From contig CASIBH010000013.1 of NCBI GenBank assembly GCA_949372805.1, positions 14,342 to 78,341 of the forward strand: a stretch of 64,000 nt of DNA. Reading direction: 5' to 3'. The stretch is from an uncultured Flavobacteriales bacterium (GTDB taxonomy: Bacteria; Bacteroidota; Bacteroidia; Flavobacteriales; BACL11). The notes beneath the pieces are model-generated. The model saw nothing but the letters and a program-made list of their open reading frames with translations, was not told the origin of the DNA and searched no databases. This document shows positions 1-8,935 of this stretch, in pieces (position 1 is the first letter of the stretch; each line of letters opens with the position of its first letter). The position numbers and the translations under genes were made by a program.

Positions 1-197
1 GGGCCAAAAGCACCAACATCTGCAAGTCCAGGAAGTATTTGTTTTGGAAATACTGCATTCTGACATGCTTCTTCAATTATTGGACTTATATCTCTTTTTA
101 CCCAATCACGAGCCGCATCCCTAATAAGCTTATGTTCATCAGATAATAATTCGTCCATAAGAAAGTAATCAGGCGCTTGAAATAGATCTTGTTTCAT
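1..197 (-). CDS. acyl-CoA dehydrogenase, glutaryl-CoA dehydrogenase-like (first 65 aa only; gene runs off the left edge)
   Basis: Not in the ORF track because it is truncated. The reverse complement from the ATG at 197..195 reads MKQDLFQAPDYFLMDELLSDEHKLIRDAARDWVKRDISPIIEEACQNAVFPKQILPGLADVGAFGP. I recall this N-terminal pattern from glutaryl-CoA dehydrogenase-type ACADs. Confidence 0.55.
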   Translation of the reverse strand, partial: MKQDLFQAPDYFLMDELLSDEHKLIRDAARDWVKRDISPIIEEACQNAVFPKQILPGLADVGAFG

Positions 198-210
198 AAT
201 AATTTTTTTA

Positions 211-218
211 CAAAAGTA
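211..218 (-). promoter_or_regulatory. Bacteroidota-type -7 box (TACTTTTG on minus strand) for the acyl-CoA dehydrogenase gene
   Basis: Plus-strand caaaagta is TACTTTTG on the minus strand and matches TAnnTTTG. It lies 13 nt upstream of the ATG at 197. Confidence 0.35.
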
Positions 219-268
219 TTGATTTTAAATATTATCTAATATGTCTTACATGATAAATATGTAAAAGT

Positions 269-276
269 TATTTTTG
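269..276 (+). promoter_or_regulatory. Bacteroidota-type -7 box (TATTTTTG) for the DUF4271-like gene
   Basis: Exact TAnnTTTG match 16 nt upstream of GTG 293 and 31 nt upstream of ATG 308. Confidence 0.35.
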
Positions 277-292
277 TAATAATTATTTTTAA

Positions 293-925
293 GTGAAAAC
301 TGAATTAATGAGCGGAGATGGGTTTTTTATTTTACTAACTATATCTTTTTTTCTAATTGGAATTTTAAGAGCATATTATTGGAATTATGCTAGTTTGTTA
401 GTTTTAGGCTCCATACAATATAGGTATGCAAGTCAGTATCTAAGGTTAGAAAATGCCCTTACTCAGAGAGTAAGTTGGATAACTTTTATGATAATGATAC
501 TTAACATTTCTTTATTTATAAATTTACAAGAGAATGTTTTTAGTCTTAATCATTTTTTTAAAATTTTACTTTACAGTATTATTTATTTTACTGTCAAGTT
601 TTTAGTTATTTTGTTTTTGGGAAATGTTTTTTTAAAGAAAGAGTTAGCCAAACTAACAGTATTTTTCTCATTTATTTCTGATAGATCTTTTGCAATTATC
701 ATTTTTCCCTTTTTAGTTTTTGTCTATTTCGTCCCTTATAATCTTGATATATATTTTATTTATATACTAATTATTCTATTCTTTATTTTTTTGTCATTTA
801 AAATATATTCAATTTATAAAATAGGAACAAATTCATTTGGTTTAATTCCTTTGTATATATTTTTGTATCTTTGTGTTCTAGAAATTTTTCCTTTTGTACT
901 AGTTGCAAAAGGATTTTTTTACTAA
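293..925 (+). CDS. polytopic membrane protein, DUF4271-like
   Basis: 210-aa ORF with several hydrophobic helices, directly upstream of a hemD-like gene, an arrangement I recall for DUF4271 in Flavobacteriia. The start is uncertain (GTG 293 or ATG 308). Confidence 0.5.
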   Translation: MKTELMSGDGFFILLTISFFLIGILRAYYWNYASLLVLGSIQYRYASQYLRLENALTQRVSWITFMIMILNISLFINLQENVFSLNHFFKILLYSIIYFTVKFLVILFLGNVFLKKELAKLTVFFSFISDRSFAIIIFPFLVFVYFVPYNLDIYFIYILIILFFIFLSFKIYSIYKIGTNSFGLIPLYIFLYLCVLEIFPFVLVAKGFFY

Positions 926-943
926 AAGAATAAAGAATATTAT

Positions 944-1702
944 ATGGAAAACAAGAAAGTTAAATCAATTTTAATTTCTCAACCAAAGCCTGAAGGTAAA
1001 TCACCCTATGATATTCTTGCAAAAAAGTTTAATGTAAAAATTGACTACAGACCTTTTATGCACGTAGATGAAATATCTACTATTGAATTTCGAGAGCAGA
1101 GAATAAGTATTTTAAATCATGATTCAGTAATTTTTACTAGTAAAAATGCTATGGATCATTATTTTGGGATGTGTGAGAAGTTAAGAATTAAAGTTCCTGA
1201 GACATTGAAATACTTTTGTGTTTCTGAAGCTATTGCTCATTATCTTCAAAACTTTATTACTTACAGAAAAAGAAAAATTTTTACTGGCGAACAGAGTCTT
1301 GCAAGTTTAATTCCTATTATGCAAAAACATGAAGGAAGTAAGTTTATATTTCCATGTTCTGATGTTTTAAAAAATAGACCAAATAAATCTTTAGAGGAAA
1401 GTGGTCTTGAGTTTACTAAAGCTCAAATGTATAAAGTAGCATGCTCAGATCTATCAGATTTAAAAGATGTTAAATATGATATATTAGTATTTTTTAGCCC
1501 TACAGGAATAAAATCTCTTGTAGAGAATTTTCCTAATTATGTTCAAGGCGATACAAGAATTGCTGTATTTGGATCAACAACAGTAAATTCTGTTAAAGAG
1601 TATAAACTAAGAGCAGATATTGAAGTTCCAAATCCAAAAGCGCCATCAATGTCAATGGCATTAGAGCAGTATATTAAGATAGCAAACAAGAGAAAAAGAT
1701 AA
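944..1702 (+). CDS. hemD: uroporphyrinogen-III synthase (HemD family)
   Basis: 252 aa. Length and recalled family features fit (ILISQPK N-terminus, VIFTSKNA and VFFSPTGIKS segments). Confidence 0.65.
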   Translation: MENKKVKSILISQPKPEGKSPYDILAKKFNVKIDYRPFMHVDEISTIEFREQRISILNHDSVIFTSKNAMDHYFGMCEKLRIKVPETLKYFCVSEAIAHYLQNFITYRKRKIFTGEQSLASLIPIMQKHEGSKFIFPCSDVLKNRPNKSLEESGLEFTKAQMYKVACSDLSDLKDVKYDILVFFSPTGIKSLVENFPNYVQGDTRIAVFGSTTVNSVKEYKLRADIEVPNPKAPSMSMALEQYIKIANKRKR

Positions 1703-1723
1703 GTTTTTTTTAAATTACTTTTT

Positions 1724-2101
1724 ATGCAAACTTTTAAAAAAACTGAAAAGTTATGTGGTAAAATAGACACTGAAAATCTGTTCTCGAATGGTGATTCTTT
1801 TTTTTTACCCCCATTTAGAATTGCGCTTATAAAAGATGATAATTTATTTAAAGAGGAACCTTTAAGATTACTAGTAATTGTTCCAAAAAAGAAAATTTCA
1901 TTAGCTGTTAATAGAAATAAAATTAAGAGGTGTATACGTGAGGCTTTTAGAAAAAATAAAAAGATATTAATCTCGAATCTTAAATTAAAAAATAAAAAGT
2001 TAGATTTTGCTTTAATTTATCAGCCGAAAAATTTAAGTTCTTGTAATACTATTGAAATAAAAGTTAAAGAAATTATTTCTCGTTTATCTGATTCATTATG
2101 A
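1724..2101 (+). CDS. rnpA: ribonuclease P protein component
   Basis: Small basic protein with a RnpA-like motif (AVNRNKIKRCIREAFR). It is followed by, and overlaps, yidD as in the conserved rnpA-yidD pair. Confidence 0.8.
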   Translation: MQTFKKTEKLCGKIDTENLFSNGDSFFLPPFRIALIKDDNLFKEEPLRLLVIVPKKKISLAVNRNKIKRCIREAFRKNKKILISNLKLKNKKLDFALIYQPKNLSSCNTIEIKVKEIISRLSDSL

Positions 2102-2319
2102 AACTTTTTTTTGCAAAAATATTTCTAGCTATTATTTTTATATATCAAAAAATGATATCTCCTATTTTGCCAGCTAGGTGTAGATATTCTCCAACATGTT
2201 CAGAATATTCTCGACAATGTTTTAAAAAATTTAATACTTTAGAATCTTTAAAGTTATCTTTGAAAAGAATTTTAAAATGTCACCCTTGGGGTGGTAGCGG
2301 TTATGACCCAATACCTTAA
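2098..2319 (+). CDS. yidD: membrane protein insertion efficiency factor YidD
   Basis: 73 aa with CRYSPTCSEY ... CHPWGGSGYDP, the hallmark YidD motifs. 4-nt ATGA overlap with rnpA. Confidence 0.9.
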   Translation: MKLFFAKIFLAIIFIYQKMISPILPARCRYSPTCSEYSRQCFKKFNTLESLKLSLKRILKCHPWGGSGYDPIP

Positions 2320-2325
2320 ATTAAT

Positions 2326-3963
2326 ATGTATAGAAAAATAAAGAAAATATTTTTAGCTTTAATTGTCTCATTATCTCTCTTTGGATTTGCAGATAGTTAT
2401 TTTGAGATTGCAAAAAACTTAGATGTTTTCACAACCCTATATAGAGAATTAAATAATTATTACGTTGATGAAACTGATCCAGGAAAGTTAATGAAAACTG
2501 GTATCGATGCTATGCTAAAATCTTTAGATCCCTACACAACATATATTCCTGAATCAGAGATTGAAGACTTTAAATTTATGACAACTGGACAATACGGAGG
2601 TATTGGCGCGGTAATAACCCAAAGAAATAGTTATGTATTTATTAGTGAGCCTTATGAAGGATTTCCTGCACAAAAAGCTGGACTTATAGCGGGAGATAAA
2701 ATTCTAAAAATCGACGGTGTTAGTGCAAAAGATAAAACTACTGAAGAGGTTAGTAAGGCTTTAAAAGGTGAGCCTAATACTGAAGTTAAGTTGTTAATTG
2801 AACGAAGAGGACAAGATTCTTTTAATGTAGTTTTTAAAAGAGAAAAAATTTCTGTAAAAAGTGTTCCTTATTCTGCATTTATAAAAGATAATATTGCCTA
2901 TCTTAAACTAAGAAGTTTTACACGTAATTGTACCAAAGACATTAAAAGAGAACTTCAAAACTTACAAAAAGATAAAAAAATAAATGGTATTGTTCTAGAC
3001 TTAAGAAATAACCCTGGAGGACTTTTAAATGAGGCAGTTAGTATGGTTAACCTTTTTGTTGAAAAAGGTGAGGAGGTAGTTAGTACAAAAGGAAAAATTA
3101 AATCTTGGGATAATATTTATAAAGCTAATAATGAGCCTTTTGACACAGAGACGCCTATTATTGTTCTTATTAATCAAGGCTCTGCTTCTGCCTCAGAAAT
3201 AGTTGCTGGTGCTCTTCAGGATTTAGATAGGGGTGTTGTTATTGGTCAGAGAAGTTTTGGTAAAGGTTTAGTGCAGCAAACCAAAAAATTAAGTTATAAC
3301 GCTCAGCTTAAGTTAACTGTAGCTAAATACTATATCCCTAGTGGCAGGTGTATTCAAGCCTTAGATTATAGCAATAGAAATAAGGACGGAAGTGTTGGGA
3401 AAATTGCTGATTCACTAATGACTGAGTTTAAGACTCGTAATGGTAGAATTGTATATGATGGTGGAGGGATTAAGCCTGATATGATAATCGAACAAGATGA
3501 GATAGGTCAAATTGTTATTGCATTATTAAGAGAAAGATTGTTTTTTGATTTCGCATCTGAATATAATTTCTTAAACTCAACTCTGGATAGTAATTATATG
3601 ATGAATGATGGTGATTTTTTGAAATTTGAAGATTTCTTAAATGACAAGGATTTTGAATACAAAACTGAAACAGAGAAGGTTATTGATAAGTTAAAAGATG
3701 TTTCAAAAGAAGAAGAATACTTTTCATCTCTTGAAAGTGATTTGAAAAATTTAGGAGATAAATTCTTGTTAGAGAAAAAAGATGATTTACAAAGAAGTAA
3801 ATCAGACATCAAAGAGATCTTAAGTGGAGAAATTTCAAGCAGATATTTCTATCAAAAAGGACGTATAAAAAGTTCAATTAATTATGATAATGAAATTAAG
3901 AAAGCAATAAAAGTTTTAGAAAGTCCTAGTCTTTATGACTCTATTTTACAAGGGTTAAATTAA
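2326..3963 (+). CDS. S41 family C-terminal processing peptidase
   Basis: Signal peptide, PDZ-like region (GLIAGDKILKIDG) and S41 catalytic region (LINQGSASASEIVAGALQD ... GQRSFGKGLVQ). Confidence 0.85.
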   Translation: MYRKIKKIFLALIVSLSLFGFADSYFEIAKNLDVFTTLYRELNNYYVDETDPGKLMKTGIDAMLKSLDPYTTYIPESEIEDFKFMTTGQYGGIGAVITQRNSYVFISEPYEGFPAQKAGLIAGDKILKIDGVSAKDKTTEEVSKALKGEPNTEVKLLIERRGQDSFNVVFKREKISVKSVPYSAFIKDNIAYLKLRSFTRNCTKDIKRELQNLQKDKKINGIVLDLRNNPGGLLNEAVSMVNLFVEKGEEVVSTKGKIKSWDNIYKANNEPFDTETPIIVLINQGSASASEIVAGALQDLDRGVVIGQRSFGKGLVQQTKKLSYNAQLKLTVAKYYIPSGRCIQALDYSNRNKDGSVGKIADSLMTEFKTRNGRIVYDGGGIKPDMIIEQDEIGQIVIALLRERLFFDFASEYNFLNSTLDSNYMMNDGDFLKFEDFLNDKDFEYKTETEKVIDKLKDVSKEEEYFSSLESDLKNLGDKFLLEKKDDLQRSKSDIKEILSGEISSRYFYQKGRIKSSINYDNEIKKAIKVLESPSLYDSILQGLN

Positions 3964-3967
3964 AACT

Positions 3968-5044
3968 TTAAATATAGATCCTTTTGATTCTTCTATTAAT
4001 TTTAGATAAAAACTCATAAGGAGTTGTCCCAATTAATTTAACAATATCTTCTACTAAGATATTTTCTCCAAATATTTCAACTAGATCACCTTCTTCAGCA
4101 CTTGTATTAGTGATATTAATGCAACAAGAATCCATACTAATATTACCTAATATCTCACACATCTGCTTATCAACAAAGAGTTTTCCAGTTCCATTTCCAA
4201 GTCTTCTGTCAAGTCCATCAGCATATCCAAAGGGGACTATTGCAATTCTCACATTCTGTTTGGCTATAAATTCTAGATTATAGCCAATAAATTCCCCTTT
4301 TTTTATTATTCTAACTTGAGAAATAACACTAATTAAACTAGTTGCTTTTTTAGTTTTTTTTGATGTTATATTTCCAAATAGTCCTATACCAATTCGTACT
4401 GCATTATATTGCATAGATGGAAAGCGAATGATGCCATTCGAATTTAGAATATGTTTATCAAAATCATTTCCGATTTTTTTATCAAGTAATTCGCAAATTT
4501 TAGAAAATTTAATAAATTGTTTTTTAGAAAAAATATCATTTAACTTATTATCACTCGAAGCTAGATGGGAGCAAACAGAGCAGACTTTAAGACTAGGGTA
4601 AAGATTTAGACACGAAATTATTTCATTAATATCTAAAAAGTCAAAACCAAATCGATTCATACCCGTATTAAACTTTAAATGGATGTTGATTTTTTGGTTG
4701 AGTTCTCCAAATTTTCGCATCAGCTTAAAGTTATATATTACTACCTCTAAATTATATTCAACAATTTGATTAATTGACTTTAATCCTGGATTAGCAATTA
4801 TAATTGGAGTATTTATATTGCTTTTCCTAAGATTTACTCCTTCTTCAAAATCAGCAACCCAAAAAGCATCTACTTTTAATAGCTCTAGTATTTCAGCAAT
4901 TTTAATATCCCCATTGCCATATGCAAATGCTTTTAAAACAGCAATTATTTTTGTGGACTTTTTTAATTTAGACCTAAAGAAAGAAACATTATTAATGATT
5001 GCTTTTTTACTAACATAGAGAATCGTTTCATGTATACTACCCAT
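3968..5044 (-). CDS. alr: alanine racemase
   Basis: PLP-lysine motif AVLKAFAYGNG. I shortened the track ORF (to 5107) to the ATG at 5044 (MGSIHETILYV...). This gives an ATGGGTAG 8-nt overlap with the tdk stop instead of a 71-nt overlap. Confidence 0.8.
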   Translation of the reverse strand: MGSIHETILYVSKKAIINNVSFFRSKLKKSTKIIAVLKAFAYGNGDIKIAEILELLKVDAFWVADFEEGVNLRKSNINTPIIIANPGLKSINQIVEYNLEVVIYNFKLMRKFGELNQKINIHLKFNTGMNRFGFDFLDINEIISCLNLYPSLKVCSVCSHLASSDNKLNDIFSKKQFIKFSKICELLDKKIGNDFDKHILNSNGIIRFPSMQYNAVRIGIGLFGNITSKKTKKATSLISVISQVRIIKKGEFIGYNLEFIAKQNVRIAIVPFGYADGLDRRLGNGTGKLFVDKQMCEILGNISMDSCCINITNTSAEEGDLVEIFGENILVEDIVKLIGTTPYEFLSKINRRIKRIYI

Positions 5045-5618
5045 TAATCTGTGTACGTTTATTAAAGCATGTTCTACATAGAGCAAGGTAATCACTTTTT
5101 TCACCAATCTGTACTAATTCTTTTTTTTTGTTTTTTCTAAATGTATGATTTGCCTCACAAGAACAATCATCACATATTGCGTGTAATTTTGTAATTTTTT
5201 CACTCAAAGCCATCATACTTGGCATAAAATTAAATGGTCTTCCTAGGAAATCCATATCAAGACCAGCTATAATTATCTTCTTTCCAGTATTTGCGACATG
5301 ACTACATACCTTTACAGCATCTTCATCAAAGAACTGAAATTCATCAATCCCAATCACATCATAGTTTTTAGATAAATTTAAAATGTCATTAGATTTTTTG
5401 ATAGAAAGTGATTCAAATTTTTTATTGTCATGAGAAACAATATTATACTTATCATATCTTGTATCAATTTCAGGTTTAAAGCAAATTACTCTTTTATCAG
5501 TTTGTTGAGCATTTATTAGTCTGAAAATAAGTTCCTTAGTTTTTCCAGAAAACATAGAGCCGCAGATTACCTCAATGCCCCCATTAGTTTTATTCTGACT
5601 ATTTTCTGATGTACTCAT
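5037..5618 (-). CDS. tdk: thymidine kinase
   Basis: P-loop GSMFSGKT plus a C-terminal zinc-ribbon cysteine pair (CDDCSCEA ... CRTCF). The length is typical of type II TK. Confidence 0.9.
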   Translation of the reverse strand: MSTSENSQNKTNGGIEVICGSMFSGKTKELIFRLINAQQTDKRVICFKPEIDTRYDKYNIVSHDNKKFESLSIKKSNDILNLSKNYDVIGIDEFQFFDEDAVKVCSHVANTGKKIIIAGLDMDFLGRPFNFMPSMMALSEKITKLHAICDDCSCEANHTFRKNKKKELVQIGEKSDYLALCRTCFNKRTQING

Positions 5619-5640
5619 AATAAATCATTTATGTTTTAGC

Positions 5641-5648
5641 TATGTTTG
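5641..5648 (+). promoter_or_regulatory. -7 box TATGTTTG for the DUF2279-like gene
   Basis: Exact TAnnTTTG match 33 nt upstream of ATG 5682, in a 63-nt divergent intergenic region. Confidence 0.4.
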
Positions 5649-5652
5649 CTAA

Positions 5653-5660
5653 CAAATGTA
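5653..5660 (-). promoter_or_regulatory. -7 box TACATTTG (minus strand) for tdk-alr
   Basis: Plus-strand caaatgta is TACATTTG on the minus strand, 34 nt upstream of the tdk ATG at 5618. Confidence 0.4.
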
Positions 5661-5681
5661 TAAAATGTACAATATATTTTT

Positions 5682-6569
5682 ATGATTATAAGATTTTTGT
5701 TATTCATTTCATTTTTAATTACGAGTAATCCTTCTACACTTTTAGCTCAAAAAGATTCTAATAGAGTTAATAAATCAAAAGTCTTACTTGTTTCTAGCTC
5801 TTTAGCTGTGGGTTTAACGGGTACATATTTATATGTTAATAACGCATGGTGGAGTGATATTGCAACTGATTTTCATTTTGACCCCGGCAATGACCAAGTT
5901 TATGCTTTAAATGTTGATAAGGCTGCTCATTTTTTAGGTGGAGTTTATGCGTCAGATTTATTTTCTCAATCTTTTTTATGGGCAGGATTAAAACCCAAGA
6001 AAGCTGCGTGGTATGGTGCTATATTCGGCTCTTCAATTCAGCTAGCTATAGAGATAAAAGATGCCTATGCGCCTTATTGGGGTTTTAGTAAGTATGATTT
6101 AGCATTGGGGTCACTTGGTTCGTTTTGGCCTGTAGCACAAAATTATTCAAAAGATTTAAAAGCGATAAATTTTAAGTTTTCATATTTTAAACACTCAAAT
6201 ATATATTGGGAGCTGGAGAGTCAAAGAGATAAAACTCCGTCTAAATTTTCTTGGTATGATGATTATCCAAACCAAACATACTGGCTTTCAGTAGACCTTG
6301 ATCATTTTAGTAATATTAATTTTATCCCTGATTGGCTAAATATAGCTTTTGGATATGGCTTAGATAACACTCAATATATAGAAGGAGGAACAAAAATGGG
6401 GGGAAGAAATGAATATTATATTGGTTTAGATTATAATATTCAAAAGCTATTAAAAAAATGGAATACTCCAATGGCAAAAAAAATTAAATATATTTTTAAA
6501 TATTTTAAATTTCCTGCTCCTACAATAAGAGTTTCTCCAGATCTAAAATTTTATCCTTTTTTTATATAA
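5682..6569 (+). CDS. DUF2279-like exported protein
   Basis: Signal peptide ending LLAQ and a DKAAHFLGG motif that I recall from DUF2279/YfiM-like proteins. Confidence 0.5.
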   Translation: MIIRFLLFISFLITSNPSTLLAQKDSNRVNKSKVLLVSSSLAVGLTGTYLYVNNAWWSDIATDFHFDPGNDQVYALNVDKAAHFLGGVYASDLFSQSFLWAGLKPKKAAWYGAIFGSSIQLAIEIKDAYAPYWGFSKYDLALGSLGSFWPVAQNYSKDLKAINFKFSYFKHSNIYWELESQRDKTPSKFSWYDDYPNQTYWLSVDLDHFSNINFIPDWLNIAFGYGLDNTQYIEGGTKMGGRNEYYIGLDYNIQKLLKKWNTPMAKKIKYIFKYFKFPAPTIRVSPDLKFYPFFI

Positions 6570-6578
6570 ATTTATAAA

Positions 6579-7250
6579 ATGAATAAATTATATATTGTTC
6601 CTACTCCAATAGGAAATTTAGATGATATTACTCTAAGAGCAATAAAAATTCTAAATACTGTTGAGCTAATTTTAGCTGAAGATACAAGAGTTAGTAAAAA
6701 ATTATTAAATCATCTTAATATTGATGCAAAATTATTCTCTTTTCATCAATTTAATGAACACAAACAGCTTAATAAAATTATTGATAAACTTCAAAATGAT
6801 TGTGCGATTGCATTAATATCTGACGCAGGAACACCTGGTATTTCTGACCCAGGTTTTTTGTTGATTCGTGAATGTTTAAGGCATGATATTGAAATAGAAT
6901 GTTTGCCGGGAGCAACTGCTTTTGTTCCAGCCCTAATAAATTCAGGCCTCCCTTCAGATCGATTTATATTTGAAGGTTTCTTACCAGTTAAGAAAGGAAG
7001 ATTAAAAAGAATAGAGTTGTTGAAGAATGAATCCAGAAGTATGATCTTCTATGAATCTCCGCATAGACTTATAAAGACATTAACTCAATTTATTGACTAC
7101 TTTGGTGGAGATAGGGAGGTTTCAGTCTCAAGAGAAATTAGTAAAATTTATGAGGAAACAAAGAGAGGTAAACTTATAGAAGTTATTGAATATTTTAGTG
7201 ATAAAAAACCAAAGGGAGAATTTGTAATTATTATATCAGGTAAAAAATGA
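6579..7250 (+). CDS. rsmI: 16S rRNA (cytidine1402-2'-O)-methyltransferase
   Basis: LYIVPTPIGNLDDITLRA N-terminus and SDAGTPGISDPG motif, typical of RsmI. Confidence 0.9.
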   Translation: MNKLYIVPTPIGNLDDITLRAIKILNTVELILAEDTRVSKKLLNHLNIDAKLFSFHQFNEHKQLNKIIDKLQNDCAIALISDAGTPGISDPGFLLIRECLRHDIEIECLPGATAFVPALINSGLPSDRFIFEGFLPVKKGRLKRIELLKNESRSMIFYESPHRLIKTLTQFIDYFGGDREVSVSREISKIYEETKRGKLIEVIEYFSDKKPKGEFVIIISGKK

Positions 7251-8926
7251 GCAAGGAATGGATAACACCAAATATTGATTTTGAAAAAGCTGTAGATTTA
7301 TCAAACTCTTTATCTGTTTCACATGATATAGCTAAATTACTTCTGCTCAGAGGTGTTTCAAATTATTCAGAAGCTGAAAATTTCTTTCGACCTAATATCA
7401 ATCAACTTCACAATCCTTTTGATATGAAAGATATGAATTTAGCGATTGAAAGAATTGAATTAGCTATTCAAAGAAATGAGAGAGTGTTAATTTATGGAGA
7501 TTATGATGTAGATGGAACTACTGCAGTATCTATGATGTTTGATTTTTTTTCAAAATATTTTTCATTTTTAGATTACTATATTCCTGACAGATATAGCGAA
7601 GGTTATGGGGTTTCTATTAAGTCAATTGACTTTGCGAAAAAAAATGAATTTACCTTAATAATTGCTCTAGATTGTGGAATCAGAGCAGTTAAGCAAATTG
7701 AATATGCTAACGATTTAAATATTGACTATATTATTTGTGATCATCATAATCCAGGAGAAATTATACCTGCGGCTAAGGCAATACTTAATCCCAAACAATT
7801 ATCATGTAATTACAAGTTTAAAGAACTTTCAGGCTGTGGTGTGGGTTTTAAATTAATTCAGGCTTTCTGTATAAAAAGAAATATAAATAGTAATAAACTA
7901 ACACCTCTTTTAGACCTATTAGCAATTTCTATTGCTGCTGATATCGTCCCTATAGTAGATGAAAATCGTATTTTAATGTTTTACGGCTTACAGCAAATTA
8001 ATCGTTCTCCTAGAGAAGGTATTAAAGCGCTTATTAATTCTGCAAAGAAAGATAAAGAGATAAAAATTTCTGATATTCTTTTTGGTATTGCTCCTTTAAT
8101 TAATGCAGCTGGAAGAATCCTTCATGGTAAGCATGCCGTCGAAGTATTAGTGGAAAAAGATGTTAGTAAGGCAACGGTTTATGCTGAGAAGATAAATGAA
8201 CACAATAGTGTTAGAAAAGGTTTAGATAAATCAATAACTGAGGAAGCGTTATTACTTGTAGATAATTCTAAGAAATCAACAGTTCTTTTTTCTGACAAAT
8301 GGCATAAAGGTGTTGTTGGTATAGTCGCTTCCAGAGTTATAGAAACCTTTTATAAACCGACAATTATTCTAGTTGAAAAAAATGGCATACTAACAGGTTC
8401 TGCCAGATCTGTACATGATTTTGATATTTATTCAGCAATTAATGAATGTGCGTATTTATGTGATAATTTCGGAGGACATAAATATGCCGCAGGTCTTACC
8501 ATTAAGAAAGAAAATATACATGAGTTTATTGACAAATTTGAACAAGTTGTATCTGAAAAAATTAAGAAAAGTCAGCTCATGCCAAGATTAAATATTGATT
8601 TAGAAGCTAAATTAGAAAAAATTGATGCTAAATTTTTTAGAATTTTAAAGCAGTTTGAGCCTTTTGGTCCTAAAAACCCTAATCCTAAATTTGTTTCAAA
8701 AGATATTTTAATTAAAGATTATAGAGCTATTGGGAAAGACAAATCACATCTTAAATGTATTGTAGATAATGGGAAGGGTTTGATAATTGAAGCAATTGGT
8801 TTTGGTTTGGCAAATAAAATAGATTATATCAACAAAACTAATGAGCTGAGTATTTGTTATAGTCTTTCTGAAAATGTCTGGAACTCAAAAGTTACTAATC
8901 AACTTATCCTTCATGATATTAAATAA
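7247..8926 (+). CDS. recJ: single-stranded-DNA-specific exonuclease RecJ
   Basis: DHH family motifs (YGDYDVDGTT, DCG, ICDHH) and DHHA1 GGHKYAAG. ATGA overlap with rsmI. Confidence 0.9.
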   Translation: MSKEWITPNIDFEKAVDLSNSLSVSHDIAKLLLLRGVSNYSEAENFFRPNINQLHNPFDMKDMNLAIERIELAIQRNERVLIYGDYDVDGTTAVSMMFDFFSKYFSFLDYYIPDRYSEGYGVSIKSIDFAKKNEFTLIIALDCGIRAVKQIEYANDLNIDYIICDHHNPGEIIPAAKAILNPKQLSCNYKFKELSGCGVGFKLIQAFCIKRNINSNKLTPLLDLLAISIAADIVPIVDENRILMFYGLQQINRSPREGIKALINSAKKDKEIKISDILFGIAPLINAAGRILHGKHAVEVLVEKDVSKATVYAEKINEHNSVRKGLDKSITEEALLLVDNSKKSTVLFSDKWHKGVVGIVASRVIETFYKPTIILVEKNGILTGSARSVHDFDIYSAINECAYLCDNFGGHKYAAGLTIKKENIHEFIDKFEQVVSEKIKKSQLMPRLNIDLEAKLEKIDAKFFRILKQFEPFGPKNPNPKFVSKDILIKDYRAIGKDKSHLKCIVDNGKGLIIEAIGFGLANKIDYINKTNELSICYSLSENVWNSKVTNQLILHDIK

Positions 8927-8935
8927 ATCTTTTTT

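Noticed and set aside
1543-1770. 75-aa minus-strand ORF bridging the hemD-like gene's 3' end and the rnpA start.
   Set aside because: It overlaps two well-supported plus-strand genes, its composition is antisense-like, and it has no promoter or family signal.
5045-5107. N-terminal extensions of track ORFs: alr to 5107, queA to 15825, rlmN to 12932, cyclase from 27414, leuS TTG 18521 and gpmI TTG 32715.
   Set aside because: The shorter starts give N-termini matching what I recall for these families. They remove long overlaps with neighbouring genes, and for queA they place a consensus -7 box upstream of the start instead of inside the gene. The rlmN case remains ambiguous.
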